Shown here: in pieces, positions 1-12,327 of the stretch | How positions within the stretch are numbered: position 1 is the first letter of the stretch | Layout of the letters: each line of letters begins with the position of its first letter | Assembly (NCBI GenBank): GCA_026023565.1 | Contig: JAPETS010000005.1 | Coordinates: 496,001-560,000 of the forward strand | Length of the DNA stretch: 64,000 bases | DNA from: Cirrosporium novae-zelandiae | Lineage: Eukaryota | Direction: 5' to 3' | Notes under the pieces: generated by a model | What the model was told of the DNA's origin: nothing | The model's database searches: none | Seen by the model: only the letters and a program-made list of their open reading frames with translations | Made by a program: the position numbers and the translations under genes

Positions 1-1030
1 CCGATGAAAGGGCATGTAGATGATCCAGCGACAAGACATGTTCATCCACACGAGTGATTTCTGCTTGTTTCCCCCTTTTTGTTTCATTCTCAGCCCTTTC
101 AAGTCCATCAGCCTCATCGTCCTTCCTAGCTTTGAGAAAAGCATATCTCTTTGCTTTATTCTCCTTGTACACCATATCCAAGATTTCCTTGATTCTCTTG
201 CTCTTTGTGTCAGCTAGCCCTCCACTCTTGATTGCCTGGAAGACGTCTTTCACATCTGCCTGCCGAACTGCGTTCCAATCAACACTGCCCTTGCCAATTC
301 CATCTTGAAGAATTCCGAATTTGTCGACTAAGCCTTGGAACGCTCTAGCAGAGTTTGTGCCTGTGGTTGCTGCACTCAGGAGAGTACGAATGAGTGCATC
401 TAGGATAGATGGTACCTCGCCACATCCAGACACAGTCAGAGATGGCATAGGGATCGTTTTTGGGGCCTCTACTTTTCCATGAATTTCGGCTAAAAGATCA
501 TTGACCTGTTGGCATTCTTCTGGAGTAGGATGTGGCCAATCCGGATACGGAGTCTCTCCAGGGGTCAGACCATATTTGTTAGCCTTTCCTTTCCTTCTTT
601 TCTTTGGCGAAGAGGATTCTGCTATGTGTGATGCAACGTCCCTGGAATCATCTTCAAGTTTGATGCTTTTTTTATCCTGTGGTACAGATTTGACTTTTGT
701 TTTCACAGAGACAGTCTCTAGTTTTCTTGAAAGTTCATTATCAGAGTCCCTAGTAGGAACCCGTTTCACTCTTCCCATATTATGGGGGAGTTCCATATAC
801 TCACTATCCTCAATCTTAGTTGGCTCTTGTCGCTTTCGCTTCGATGGGATTTCAAGGGAACCCTGTAGAGAAGCGCCTATCGTGTTCTTGCTAGCCCTTA
901 ACCTCTTAGGCGGGGTCACCTTTTTTGTAGGGGATAGTGTTGGCGAGAGACTAGGTAATTGAGATTCAGTTTCAGATGTGAGAGCTGCCGCAGCCTTAGC
1001 TGCAGCTGCCCGGGTAATGCGAACACTCAT
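1..1030 (-). CDS. HhH-GPD superfamily DNA glycosylase (endonuclease III/DEMETER-like domain), 3' end outside window
   Basis: Manual minus-strand translation from ATG at 1030 (MSVRITRAAAAKAAA...). A basic low-complexity N-terminus is followed by YGLTPGETPYPDWPHP...CGEVPSILDALIRTLLSAATTGTNS...SVDWNAVRQADVKDVFQAIKSGGLADTKSKRIKEIL. Absent from the ORF track because no stop lies in the window. Confidence 0.85.
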   Translation of the reverse strand, partial: MSVRITRAAAAKAAAALTSETESQLPSLSPTLSPTKKVTPPKRLRASKNTIGASLQGSLEIPSKRKRQEPTKIEDSEYMELPHNMGRVKRVPTRDSDNELSRKLETVSVKTKVKSVPQDKKSIKLEDDSRDVASHIAESSSPKKRRKGKANKYGLTPGETPYPDWPHPTPEECQQVNDLLAEIHGKVEAPKTIPMPSLTVSGCGEVPSILDALIRTLLSAATTGTNSARAFQGLVDKFGILQDGIGKGSVDWNAVRQADVKDVFQAIKSGGLADTKSKRIKEILDMVYKENKAKRYAFLKARKDDEADGLERAENETKRGKQAEITRVDEHVLSLDHLHALSS

Positions 1031-2170
1031 GATAAGAATTTCTGAGCTTGAATGCTAACAAATAGAAAATAAAATAGAGGGAAGCTGTCTGAAATGACTT
1101 GAGTAAATATTAGACAGGTTGCGGTGAAAATATTCAAAGCGGGAAGTAGGTGACGACAAGTCAAGAAATTCCAGAGAAGTAGGGACTAGGTGCTGAAGAA
1201 AATCATCTCTGGATCTCACAAGGCGTTTTAACTGTCATTTTTGATTATTCGAGATGCTGGGGAATAATTAAAAAGGGTGACGATGTATTTTGATATTCAA
1301 GAAGTTGAATTGGGTTGGTAGTGCTTTGTAATTGTTTGTGAGACATCCATCTTGCCTACGATGTATGGGTGTTCAAGGGTGTAAGGAATAGATAGCAAGC
1401 TGCGGATAATAGTAATTTCGGCTTGCACTAAGCGCGCTATGAATGAACTTGTATTCGTGCGGCTCTCTTGCAAAATGGACTTCTTCAGTAGCAATCTATC
1501 GCATATGTTATACACTAGCTTGTATTCTAGTTCACTTCTCAGACGTAATCTACATTCTTAAGACTACAACTGTAGTCTTATAAAGGGGTTGGAGGTTCCT
1601 ATATTAGATTACCGTAGCATGCAGTTGCCCGAAAAGGCCGCTTTCGCAAATTTGATCTTGTGGGTATGTAAAGTTTTTTTTAAAAAAAAACAATAATTAT
1701 AACAATATTATATAATAATTTAATGACAAATTCATTAGTTTACTAGTATTAATTATAATTATTTATTATTGTGTTGTGGTTAAATCCCGAAACACATTAA
1801 TAGAGTATTCCATGGGGAAATGGTGAGGAAGCATATAAGCTAACTGCCTAGGTAGTTTCCAATTGGAATAAAAATTTAAACCTGAAGTCTTAATCAATGC
1901 CTCTCGGCAAAATAAGCGCAGGCATATTTGTCGAGAAGATATAATGACCCGGAACTAAGACTTGGGGATCAGTGGATCAGGTAAGAGTAGTAGCTATATA
2001 CGAATCAATCTACTGGATAGAGTTTCTAGACTTGGGTTATCATCTCGGTACTGTGTATGTACATAGAGATGAAAAAGAACCATCCTATAGCAGGATCCGA
2101 AGGAATTTACATCCATTGATTGCTCTCTTCATTCCACCAACGCCTGCGTAGTAAAGCTAGCTTATCGCCA

Positions 2171-4070
2171 CTATCGGTTGTCTTTGTAGTCTCCGAAATT
2201 GTGAATGCTGATATCCATCTGATCATGAATACGAGGCTCAGTTTGGTGGTTTTCATAGAAGTATCCATTCACGTATTGGCGGTTGTGGTTTGGAGTCCCC
2301 ACCGTTGAATTGACATCCGACTGGGGTACAACCTTTCCATCGTCATTGACTTTGACACCGTTCATAGCCATTTTTTTCTCTTCGTCTGTCGCGATACCAT
2401 GAGCGACGGCTACTCTTGCCTTTTCCATTACTTTGCGCTTTTGCCCTTCTCCTCGAATTCTTTCTAGGTGTTCAAAATACCCAGCGTCAACAGGCGTTAC
2501 ATATTTGCCCGTAAACACTCCAACCTCAAACGAGTTTGGTATTTCAAGTTCCGTCCCATTTGATTCTTTTGTTGACCGAGAGGGGTACGCCGCTTCAATA
2601 CATGACGCTTTGAGATCGTTAAGAGTCTGATAAATGACTTTGTCAGCCCCTATACATTTCGCGATAGCATCTTCGTCACGATTATACGCAACAAGCTCTG
2701 CAGGCGAAGCAACATCAATTCCATAGATGTGTTGGTGCCTAGTTTATGTAAGCATGTGTAGTAAAGGTTATCGGATCGGGGGATGATACATACGTGATTG
2801 GTGGAGAAGAGCTGGCAAAATATACCTTTTCTGCACCCATATCCCTTGCCATGTTTACGATTTCGGTACTAGTTGTTCCTCTGACAATACTATCATCCAC
2901 TAGCAGCACTTTTCTTCCTCGAAACTCCATTTCCATTGGGCTTAGCTTTCGTTTGACGCCTCTCTGTCGCGCTTGTTGGTTTGGCATAATGAAAGTCCTG
3001 AAAATGTAACGATTCTTGACGAACGCTTGACAGAAAGGAATGTTCAAGTATGTTGCAAGACTCTGGGCAGACACATTTGATGTCTCGGGAATCGGAATGA
3101 CAACATCGATATCTTTGATTCCATCACCCATAACTACCTTCAGTCTCTCAGCTAGCTTGATCCCCATGTTTTGTCGGGCCCGATAGACACTTATATTATC
3201 GATAATCGAATCTGGTCTGGCAAAGTATACGTACTCGAAAATATCAGGAGCATATATCTTCGGGACCTGAACCTGATGAAAGACAGGCTTTGCACCCTTT
3301 TGGATGATCACAGCTTGCCCTGGTTTAATATCGACAATGTTTGAAAAGCCTGCTTGAGTCAAGGCACTAGACTCCGAGGACATCATATAGTCCATGGCAT
3401 CATTCTCGCCCGATTTACGAGAGCCTAGGACTAGTGGACGGATACCGTAAGAGTCTCGAAATCCCATAAGACCAAACCCGGCAAGCATAGCTGTACACGC
3501 CCACCCTCCCACACAACGGTCATACATCCTTGTTAAAGCAGCATATAAATCTTCATGGTTCACTCTAGCCTTCTTGGTTTCATTCAATTCATTAGCGAAG
3601 ATATTTAGCATCAATTCACTGTCGCTATCTGTGTTGATATGTCGATGGGCATCGTAGTCTAAGAAGTGTTTGAGCTTTGGCGCATTGATTAGGTTACCGT
3701 TATGCGCAAAACAAATGCCGTACGGACTATTAACGTAGAAGGGTTGAGCCTCGGCATTCGCGCTGCTACCAGCAGTAGGATACCTTTAATCCTTTGTGAG
3801 ACATTGTTTGAATTACGAACTAAACAGGAAGTACCGTAGATGACCAAGTCCCATATATCCCGGAAGATCGGTAGCTCGAGCTCCATCCTTAAATACTTCT
3901 TTTGCCATGCCATTCCCTTTGCATTGATATATTCGTCCCTGCGAACCACAGGTGGCTATTCCGCACGCATCCTGTCCTCGATGTTGGAGCACATAGAGAG
4001 CGTCGTGGATATCATATGCAACATCGGTTCTGGTCGGATCCGAAAGGATCATAGCAAGTATCCCACACAT
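2171..4070 (-). CDS. ade4: Amidophosphoribosyltransferase (spliced)
   Basis: N-terminal MCGI (Ntn catalytic Cys), [20 protein letters not shown] across an intron, [14 protein letters not shown] motif [13 protein letters not shown]; joins ORFs 3813-4070, 2739-3614 and 2171-2518. Confidence 0.97.
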
Positions 4071-4699
4071 TTTTAAGGTGACTGCATATCATAATAAGCA
4101 TCTAGATTGACCATACAGACAAGCGATATAAAAATCGATCACAGTTCACGGTTCAGATAATATGATTTTCCGCAATGAAGAGTTCAGAAGTCTAACATCT
4201 TAAAGTAATTTGGATCATCTTGTGAACAAAAGAAAATGAAGAAGGAAAAACAATGACTACACTCACAATTTCGGGTACTTTAGTATTCAATGGCAAACTT
4301 GAGGGTTAAGGAGGAAACTGCAGTGGAAGTTTCTTGTCGCAACAGATCAGAGGCTCTAGGTTAACGCAGCATATTGAGTAGTAGGTTGAAATATGAAGAA
4401 ATTCTCCGCAATTCAAACGCCGCTTTGAAGCTGACGTGATGTAATATGAGACGCCGAAGTTTCTCATGGTGTTGGTAGAACCTACAAGTTATACTTCCAT
4501 TCTCCCAGAAGAAATCCTTTCCACCAAGGGCCGAACCAAGAACTGCCCCACTAATTCAAATTTTAACTAGCTCGTAGGGTGTGTGATTAAGGCCCTCGAT
4601 CGAATTAAACGAAGGATTGCACGCAGGTAACTGGACCCTAACCTTTGTGCGGAAAAGGCAAACCCCATTTCTCTTAAACTTAGCACCAATATTTTTATG

Positions 4700-4709
4700 G
4701 TCACGTGAC
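4700..4709. promoter_or_regulatory. Palindromic E-box GTCACGTGAC (Cbf1/bHLH-type site) in the ade4-RID divergent intergenic region
   Basis: Perfect 10-bp palindrome containing TCACGTGA; function inferred from motif only. Confidence 0.35.
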
Positions 4710-5481
4710 TATTGTACCACTGTACGTGGGTGTATTTGCAAAATATCAACCGCGTCTATTATAATGTTAACAGATGCCCAGCTTACAACTAACCCTAAAA
4801 GGAACCATGCACCCTCTTACACCACCAAATGCCTGTTATATTCGCTTAAGGGGATGAATATTAATGGTCTGGCATTATATCGAGCGTATGGTTGATGGAA
4901 TATGGCGTTTCATCCATATCCACAAACAAACATTGACAATCCCCTAGATTGTGCTAGATGATGAGCCCCTCTAAAGGCCCAAAGATCCTTTTCGGGTTGC
5001 TCTTTTTATTACTGTTTGTATCAGTCATTTTCTAATAGTTATTCTATCTAAGTAACCTACTACCTTTCGTATATCTGATATTAATTTTCCCTCCTTGGTT
5101 TGATGCAAGTCTCCGACAAATTAATCTGAGAAAGCATTCACTCCTTGCACCAACAGAGACAGTAAAAGCTACCCATTGATTTCTCCTTAGTTGTCGATAT
5201 ACCTTTGTGAGCTTGCTTTGATAATACTCTAACCGTCACCTCAAAGCCTCCTTTAATCATCTCTCCCCCCACCTTCTGTAGCCCAGAACATCATTTGAGA
5301 AGATTCTAGCTAGATTATGTGGTCACTTCTATTTTCATCATTGGGTCACAATATATATTTAGCCGCCCTTTCTCAACTATAACTAAGCTGAAAGAGCGAT
5401 ATCTATAGAACCGCCAAAGACCGACTCGGAATTTTTTCCCTCTCACTTGCCTAATCCCCGTCTTCTTTCATTCTTGAGGGA

Positions 5482-7605
5482 ATGGACATTCCAGATGAAC
5501 AAATCCAGTACGACCCCTCCTTGAAATATCAACCCCAAGACAGTGTTATGTTTACTCAAAAACTTCCAAATAGGAAGAGGTTAGCAGTGGCTGTAGACCT
5601 TCAAGCGCCGAATTCAAAGGTTTCGCGTCGTAAGCTCAGTTCTAGTGAGCCACCTTTAGACCAGGAGATAGTGGACCTAGAAGAGAACACCATCTTCAGT
5701 TACAGTTCTCCCACCAGCAATGATTTTATGACCGAAGATGAATTTAAAATCTATCTACAAGACCAACAGAAGCCTCGCCAAAACAGCGGAAACAGTTTCC
5801 GAACTCAGCCTATACATGTGAAAGAATCACTGGAATCTTTCCGGACCGAAAATATGCAGCTCAGAGTTGGAAAGGTGGTGGAACTCTCGAGTGGAGATTT
5901 CCTTCGGATTAGGAAGATCAAGCAAGATCCGTGCACAACAGAGGTTTTCTTGAAAGGATCGCAGTTTCGTCGATGGAAGGATATGAATCGATTGTTGCCT
6001 CTTTATCTAAACGAAGTATGCTGGGTGATTGAACGGATAGAGAATTCCCTTCAAAATGAGGATGGCGATGTTGAAGTCCCTTTAGCTGAGGTCAGAAAAC
6101 TGCGACGGATCATTTTTACCAACTATCAATACCCCCAATTTTCGACCAAAACAAGACCTAACAAATTTTACGATAAACAAGATAGGTTTGAGAAGGAGGC
6201 ATTAGTATGCAGAATCAAGTTGATCACGATTTACCAAGATGATGCTTCAAAGACTAGGAACAATGTCAAAAGAAAATTGTTCGTCGCATTGACCCCCGAG
6301 GAAGCACACCCTACATGCCGCAAGAGTAGAGAGCTTCTTCGGTACGAATGGCGTGGTCAGGCAGCGCAGGGTGGCGTTTCTCCAAACATTGCAACCTGTT
6401 CTTCCCCGGTGATTCATCTTGATGATGATAGCCTGGATGGAGAAGATAATTGTAGCGAAAGCGCCTCATCATGTACTCTTCCTATGTCACCTCGTTCTTT
6501 ATCACCGCTACCAGATATCGAGATCGTTAGTAGATCCGAATCCCCAGTCGACCTCACAGATGACACCATTCCAGTGACTAAGCTTGCTGAAATGACTGTG
6601 AATGGAACCACGTTTAGGAACCCTTCTGCAGAGATACCTAGATTCCAGTACACATTTGGTGATGCTTTTTGCGGTGCTGGGGGGACTTCAAGAGGAGCAC
6701 TACAAGCGGGACTACGCGTCCTTTGGGGCTTCGATTTCAACATCGAAGCTATCAGATCGTTCTCACTCAATTTCCCTGATGCACTCTGTGAGCACGTTCC
6801 TGTGGATTGGTTTCTTGCTTTTGAAGCCGCGAAATATGTGGTCGACATTCTTCATCTATCTCCTCCATGCCAGCCATTCTCACCAGCACATACGATCGCC
6901 TCTGACCATGACGAGTCCAACGAGGCTGCTCTCTTTGCTATAGGTGGGTTGTTGGACATGACAAAACCTCGGATTGTTACCATGGAGGAGACAGCCGGCC
7001 TCATTGACCGCCATCCAAATTTCTTCCACTCCGTGATCCGGGAATTTGTGTCCCACGGCTACAGCGTCTCATGGCAACGCATCAACTGCATGCTGTACGG
7101 AGTACCTCAAGCTAGGAAACGTTTAGTTATAGTTGCAGCTGGGTGGGTCCCGCCTCACCCCTCCTATTCTGTACATGCTTGGGAGCTAACACTGACTTCC
7201 AGACCTGGCGAAATCATGCCCCCATTCCCAAAGCCAACTCACGGCACAACCGAGGGGCTCATGCCCCTAAACACGATCGGCAGCATGGTCCTAAATATCC
7301 CCCCAAACGCATCCCACAACGAAATCACCACAACCTATGACCCTCCAAAGCAACCATACGCATACGACCAGCTACTCAAGAGCTGCGTCACCACTGGTGG
7401 AGGCGTCGACAACTATCATCCTAGCGGCGAGAGACAATTCACAAATAGAGAATTCGCCTGTCTTCAGACATTTCCGTTGGAACACCAGTTTGGGAACCGG
7501 CAGGTTAAGAAACAGATCGGGAATGCGGTGCCGCCTATGCTTTCAAAGGCTGTTATGATCGAGATTGTGAAGTCTTTGAAGAAGGATGATGGGCTGAATG
7601 GGTAG
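5482..7605 (+). CDS. rid: RID/Masc1/DmtA-type C5 cytosine DNA methyltransferase
   Basis: Motif I DAFCGAGG, motif IV SPPCQPFS, motif VI EET (the RID/Masc1 variant instead of ENV), motif VIII PQARKR, motif X QIGNAVPP. A 60-nt in-frame intron at 7143-7202 (GTGGGT...GCTAAC...CAG) gives AAG-PGE after splicing. Confidence 0.92.
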   Translation: MDIPDEQIQYDPSLKYQPQDSVMFTQKLPNRKRLAVAVDLQAPNSKVSRRKLSSSEPPLDQEIVDLEENTIFSYSSPTSNDFMTEDEFKIYLQDQQKPRQNSGNSFRTQPIHVKESLESFRTENMQLRVGKVVELSSGDFLRIRKIKQDPCTTEVFLKGSQFRRWKDMNRLLPLYLNEVCWVIERIENSLQNEDGDVEVPLAEVRKLRRIIFTNYQYPQFSTKTRPNKFYDKQDRFEKEALVCRIKLITIYQDDASKTRNNVKRKLFVALTPEEAHPTCRKSRELLRYEWRGQAAQGGVSPNIATCSSPVIHLDDDSLDGEDNCSESASSCTLPMSPRSLSPLPDIEIVSRSESPVDLTDDTIPVTKLAEMTVNGTTFRNPSAEIPRFQYTFGDAFCGAGGTSRGALQAGLRVLWGFDFNIEAIRSFSLNFPDALCEHVPVDWFLAFEAAKYVVDILHLSPPCQPFSPAHTIASDHDESNEAALFAIGGLLDMTKPRIVTMEETAGLIDRHPNFFHSVIREFVSHGYSVSWQRINCMLYGVPQARKRLVIVAAGWVPPHPSYSVHAWELTLTSRPGEIMPPFPKPTHGTTEGLMPLNTIGSMVLNIPPNASHNEITTTYDPPKQPYAYDQLLKSCVTTGGGVDNYHPSGERQFTNREFACLQTFPLEHQFGNRQVKKQIGNAVPPMLSKAVMIEIVKSLKKDDGLNG

Positions 7606-8312
7606 ATTTGACTTAGTTGGAGGTGGGGGGAGGGAAAAGAATATGCTTTTTTTTTGTGGGGAATGGGAATGATGTATCAGGGGTAGACGATTGTTTATTG
7701 AGAGATGATTTTGTTAGCTTTGATGATCGAATGGATCAATGGGTTTCTGAAGAATTGATACCTCTGTGCTCAAATTTTATCTTGTAGCTCCTTTACGACG
7801 TAGGCTACTCAAGGTGACTTAAATACAATGTTACTGTTCGTTTATGTCTTATAGAACTAAGCCGTCGACATTGACTCTGTTGCCTACCATTATACTCCAG
7901 AGAGTCAATCAGGTAGGTGTAAAGGCTGCTGCTACCTATACCATATCCGCCGGCTAACATTGAAATAAGACCAAGCAGGAACGACAAATTTCACCAAAAA
8001 TCATTTTACGATTCAATTGATTATTACTATTACATTTGTGAGGGTTTGGGGGTTCTCCGAGACATGAAGTAAGCGATCGACTATAGAAATACGGAGAATC
8101 CCATGATTCATTCCTGTTGTTTTATGCCAGATTACAGGGCTGAATGCTAAATATGTCGAATTCCAAGCCTCTTTCCCCTCAGACGAGGTACTCTTCCTAA
8201 TAATTCCCTCTTAGTCCTATTTGAATAGCGCCGCGCGTTCAGTCAAAACGCAAGTTTGGTAATATTGTAAAGAACAAGTCCCGCAAGATACGGATTAGAA
8301 AATATGTACCAG

Positions 8313-9510
8313 CTAGAGTGGCACTTCACTGAAACTCCCTGTTGGACCTGGTGATGTAACCTCTGCTTCCTCGTGGGGATTTCCGGGCTTTAGTTTGCTG
8401 GGGGAGGTGACTTCTGCGGGTTTACTTTCAGCTTCATGCTCGGATTCAGATTCAGATTCAGACTCGTCTTCGGAATGGTCTTTTGGTGGAGGCATAGGCG
8501 GTTCTTTCGTTTCGTCTGTGTGATCGGTGGGCTCGTCTTCCTTTAAGTCGGCGGGTGGGGTAGGAAGCGGTGTTTCGGACTCTTTGTCTTGTTCGACTGG
8601 AACAGTTCGTTGCTGCTCCCTTGGTGGAGACTGTGCCTGTTGCTGTTGAAGTCCAACGCCTTGACCGACCTGTCGTAGCTTGGGGTCGGCATTGAGATAA
8701 TATCCTCTGACACCAACAATCCTGCCTTCCCGTTCGCAACCTTCTACCCATTCCGGTCGTACAACAGGAATGTTCATTTCCACGGCCTTTTCCCAAAGTG
8801 GCCCCCTGCCATCCGTACAGACGAAGTGCGTAGTGTCTATCCTGACTGTATCGATCAATTTTGCTCCTATCCGCTTCACCGCAGTAGCCAAACTCTCTCT
8901 CAAAGGTGGTGCTAATATGCCAGGTGTAACCGTGATGCCCGTCAGATCAGTCATTTTCTGAGTTTTTACAGTAAGCTTTTCGCTGTTAAAGGTGCCTGCG
9001 GAGGTCCTCAAAACAAGATGGAAAACATATTCGGTATCCACAGCCAGACCACTGATTTTCGTGCTCTTATTCTCGTGGGGCCGAGGGATGTTGCCAGCTT
9101 TACTCCCATTTCGATATAGGCTCAGTGAACGTAATTCTGCGGTGGCGAGTTCAATTGGGTCCCATTCGAGAACGACCGAGGTTTGAGTGGCATTCCGACA
9201 GCGCAGGATAGGCGGAGAAGGGGAACGTTGGCCGTACTTGGAGAATATCTTGTCTTGAAGATTGTTGAAAGCTGCAGCGGATACACCTTCTGCGTCGAGG
9301 TTTCGAGATACGTTGATATCAACAATTGAACCGGAGGAGATATTAGGGGGAAGAAGGATGGACGGAAATTCAATCTGATATCCGTGCCGAGTGTTAATCT
9401 GTCATTCACCACTACCAAATATAGAAAGTATTACCTACCAGTCGCTTGTCTTCAGTCAGGAGCACCGCAACGCCCGCATCAACCTTTCCTACAGTCAAAG
9501 ATACGAGCAT
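8313..9510 (-). CDS. chs5: Chitin biosynthesis / exomer protein CHS5 (FN3 + BRCT domains)
   Basis: Exon 1 MLVSLTVGKVDAGVAVLLTEDKRL (ATG at 9510), FN3 segment DTEYVFHLVLRTSAG, BRCT TTHFVCTDGRG...VVRPEWVEGC, acidic tail. Confidence 0.93.
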
Positions 9511-9835
9511 TGTGGGCTGAATCAATAACAGCAGGATCTTGGAAGTGTGTCGTGTTAAAGATCCGACTGGTTCAAGATGATATGTTGCACAATGAACCGT
9601 TTGATGTTTGCTTCCTGTTTGTTTGATGCTAATTTCTAGCGAGCCGTTAGCCGTTGATTCGTTGGACACTTGACTTCAGTACATGGTGAAATAATATTGC
9701 AACTTCACTGACATTCATTATTCATTCTTCTTCATCTTCTCTACTTCATTATACCTTCTCCCTAAAACCCTAGAAAGCTTTAAACTGTTAAAATAGAATT
9801 TAGAATCCTTTGAAATATTTGTTGCTTATGCTATT

Positions 9836-10542
9836 ATGCCATCCCCAGTTATCACGGCTGCTCTCCAAGCAGGATCTCTCAGTGCAACCTCCAACGTGCT
9901 TGCTCAAGCCCTGGCTGCTTTTCGACACGAGGTGCGCTTCATATAATTAATAATTCTCCATGGGCGTCAGTTATGACTGAGGGAACAGAAACCTTTCCAA
10001 TTGAATCCAATTCCCGTTTTCCAATTTGCGCTTTTCAACTTCTTGAATACACCGCCCAATTATGCCTGGCAACAATTTCTGGAGAACACGTATCCTGGTT
10101 ACACAGACCAGGGTAAACCCCATGATGATAAAGATATCGAGAAAGCCTCTGCGAAGACGCTAAATGTGAAGAACACATTTACAAAGTTCTTTCTCGACCA
10201 AACACTAGGAGCTACCGTTAATACTATCCTTTTCTCCTTAGCGATTGGGATCATGAAAGGGTTGAGTGTTTCGGAAATCCTAGGAGTCATACAGAGGGTG
10301 CGTTTGGAGCTTGACCGTACTAGACGCTCATCGAATCCCAGGATAGCGCAAGGAATAGGGTCCGAAGTGCTAACTAAATTGTGTCTCTTTAGGATTTTTG
10401 GCCGATAATTATAGGCGGACTGAAGCTATGGCCTGTGGTTTCAATACTTAATTTCACTGTCGTCCCGGTAGAGAAGCGAATAGTTGTCGGGAGCCTTGCT
10501 GGGCTGTTCTGGGGAATCTACTTGAGCATCATTGCTTCTTGA
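9836..10542 (+). CDS. Mpv17/PMP22 family membrane protein (3 exons)
   Basis: MPSPVITAALQAGSLSATSNVLAQ / PPNYAWQQFLE...KFFLDQTLGA / DFWPII..GLKLWPVVSILNFTVVP...WGIYLS; GT-AG introns with branch points. Confidence 0.88.
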
Positions 10543-12327
10543 TGCGGTTTTGTTCTACGATGACTGTATCTTGAAACCTATCCGCCTTTATAACCTGATA
10601 CAGTACTTGGTATACCCTATGTTGTCAAGCCGCGATCTTTAATTGGCCTCGATGAACTACCCAACAAGCTATATGGGCGCTTCGTTTGAAGACAGACTTA
10701 CTCCTCTAAACATGGTTTTTGCTATTAGCGATATGCTCAATACAGTTTTGGCTACTTTTGTGTTTTTCTCAGCTCTATTGAGCTTGGGACCGAGGTATGT
10801 ATGGGACTTGTACCCACTAACCTACATGTGCACCTAATAATATATTATTAATCACCATATTATGAATTATTGAATTGATGATGAATACTCTAAGATGGCT
10901 GTAAGCACTACATTTGTAATGTCTTAAGAAATAGCGCCACGATGCTATGGCAATACATGAAATAAAAAGAAGGAACTGGTAACGATGATACTGAGGTATA
11001 TTTCATGCTATTTCCAAGTTTATTTCACAGTGCTTTTAGCACTCGTCTCTTTTCCGGGTCTCTCGAGAAATGAGATAGACTAACAGTTATATAAAGTCCA
11101 GAGTTCAAGGTTCATATGAATAAACACAGGTTAGTCTCGGCGGCTATTGTGTTTCTACCGAAGACGGTAAGGGAATGAAACTGCAGAAATAAAAGAGATT
11201 ATTGGCTAAATTTTATTTAGAACTACCTGCTTTCGAGTGTTTAAAGACAACAACAACACCACCATACCACCAACCAGATCAAGCTCTCAATCCATCCAAC
11301 ATAACAGTCTTCTTTCGTTATCGGCGTACCCAAGCAAAATATATAGCCTTGACATTTTTAATTTTACCATGCCAGACTTACGACTCTCCGAAATAAAGAC
11401 CATAAATATCATGATCATAATCTCTGATGCTCGCTTATCGTTTTCTCTGAATTCAAATCTCTAACGGTTTTATACTACCCTGAATCATTGTGCGATAGCT
11501 TGTGATAATATTGACCCTCTACCATTATCGCTAGGCGTTTAAGGCAAGTAGTTTCTGGCCTAGGTACCAAACAATTAATGATGATCACCTTGATTAAGTA
11601 ACTCTATATGCATTTAGCTATGCTATTACAACACAACGAAGGAAATCACTACCCTAAGCCACGTTAAGGGGAAGCTCTCCAGCATCAATAATATATTACA
11701 TGAATTACATCCTCGCTATCTTCTCGTCCCTTGTTCTCTTATCACATGTAGCTGGCAACCTACCCCTGTCTGCAGGCTTACAGAAAATTGATATAATGAT
11801 ACAAGCTTACAACCCAAGATAAGGGGGCTTCAATTTTTATACGAAACTGGTTTAAGTTGTCAAGACGGAAATGTTCACAATGTGAGTTAAGATTATGTGT
11901 TTGTAAATATTAATATTCACCTAGGTACCTAGGTATTTTATGGGAAACTTAAGTTTATAGGCGTGGAGTGATTTAAGATTAAGAATTGCTTTCTATCCTA
12001 AAATGCTTTGAATGCTTAGAGTTTCGATAAACAACTCTGCTTATTCCCTATTTACTAGATATATCCTGAACTCCAACAGAGGCAACTGTCGAATGCCAAA
12101 TTCTGAAATTGTAGAGATAATACATCTTTTCTCCTCACTAACCGGCTGGAAGACATTTTATACCGCAATTGACATTATTGATGGGCCCGCTTAGCTTAGT
12201 GTTTATTTTCATCCGTGTACATTAAAATAACAGCCGGGCCCAATTTCCCTCTTTACTTTCTATCTTCCTCGTCTATAACTCTTCAGATTTGATCTGGATA
12301 CAAAATTTTCTAATCCCAATCCCAATC

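Noticed and set aside
20..962. Plus-strand ORFs 20-217, 54-308 and 501-962
   Set aside because: Antisense shadows of the minus-strand glycosylase gene.
5482..7605. Bacterial restriction-modification methylase or DIM-2
   Set aside because: It has a spliceosomal intron and EET in motif VI, and no nuclease partner; this fits RID/Masc1.
10600..12250. Short ORFs in the Mpv17-SGNH gap
   Set aside because: No recognisable motifs or consistent exon structure; treated as intergenic.
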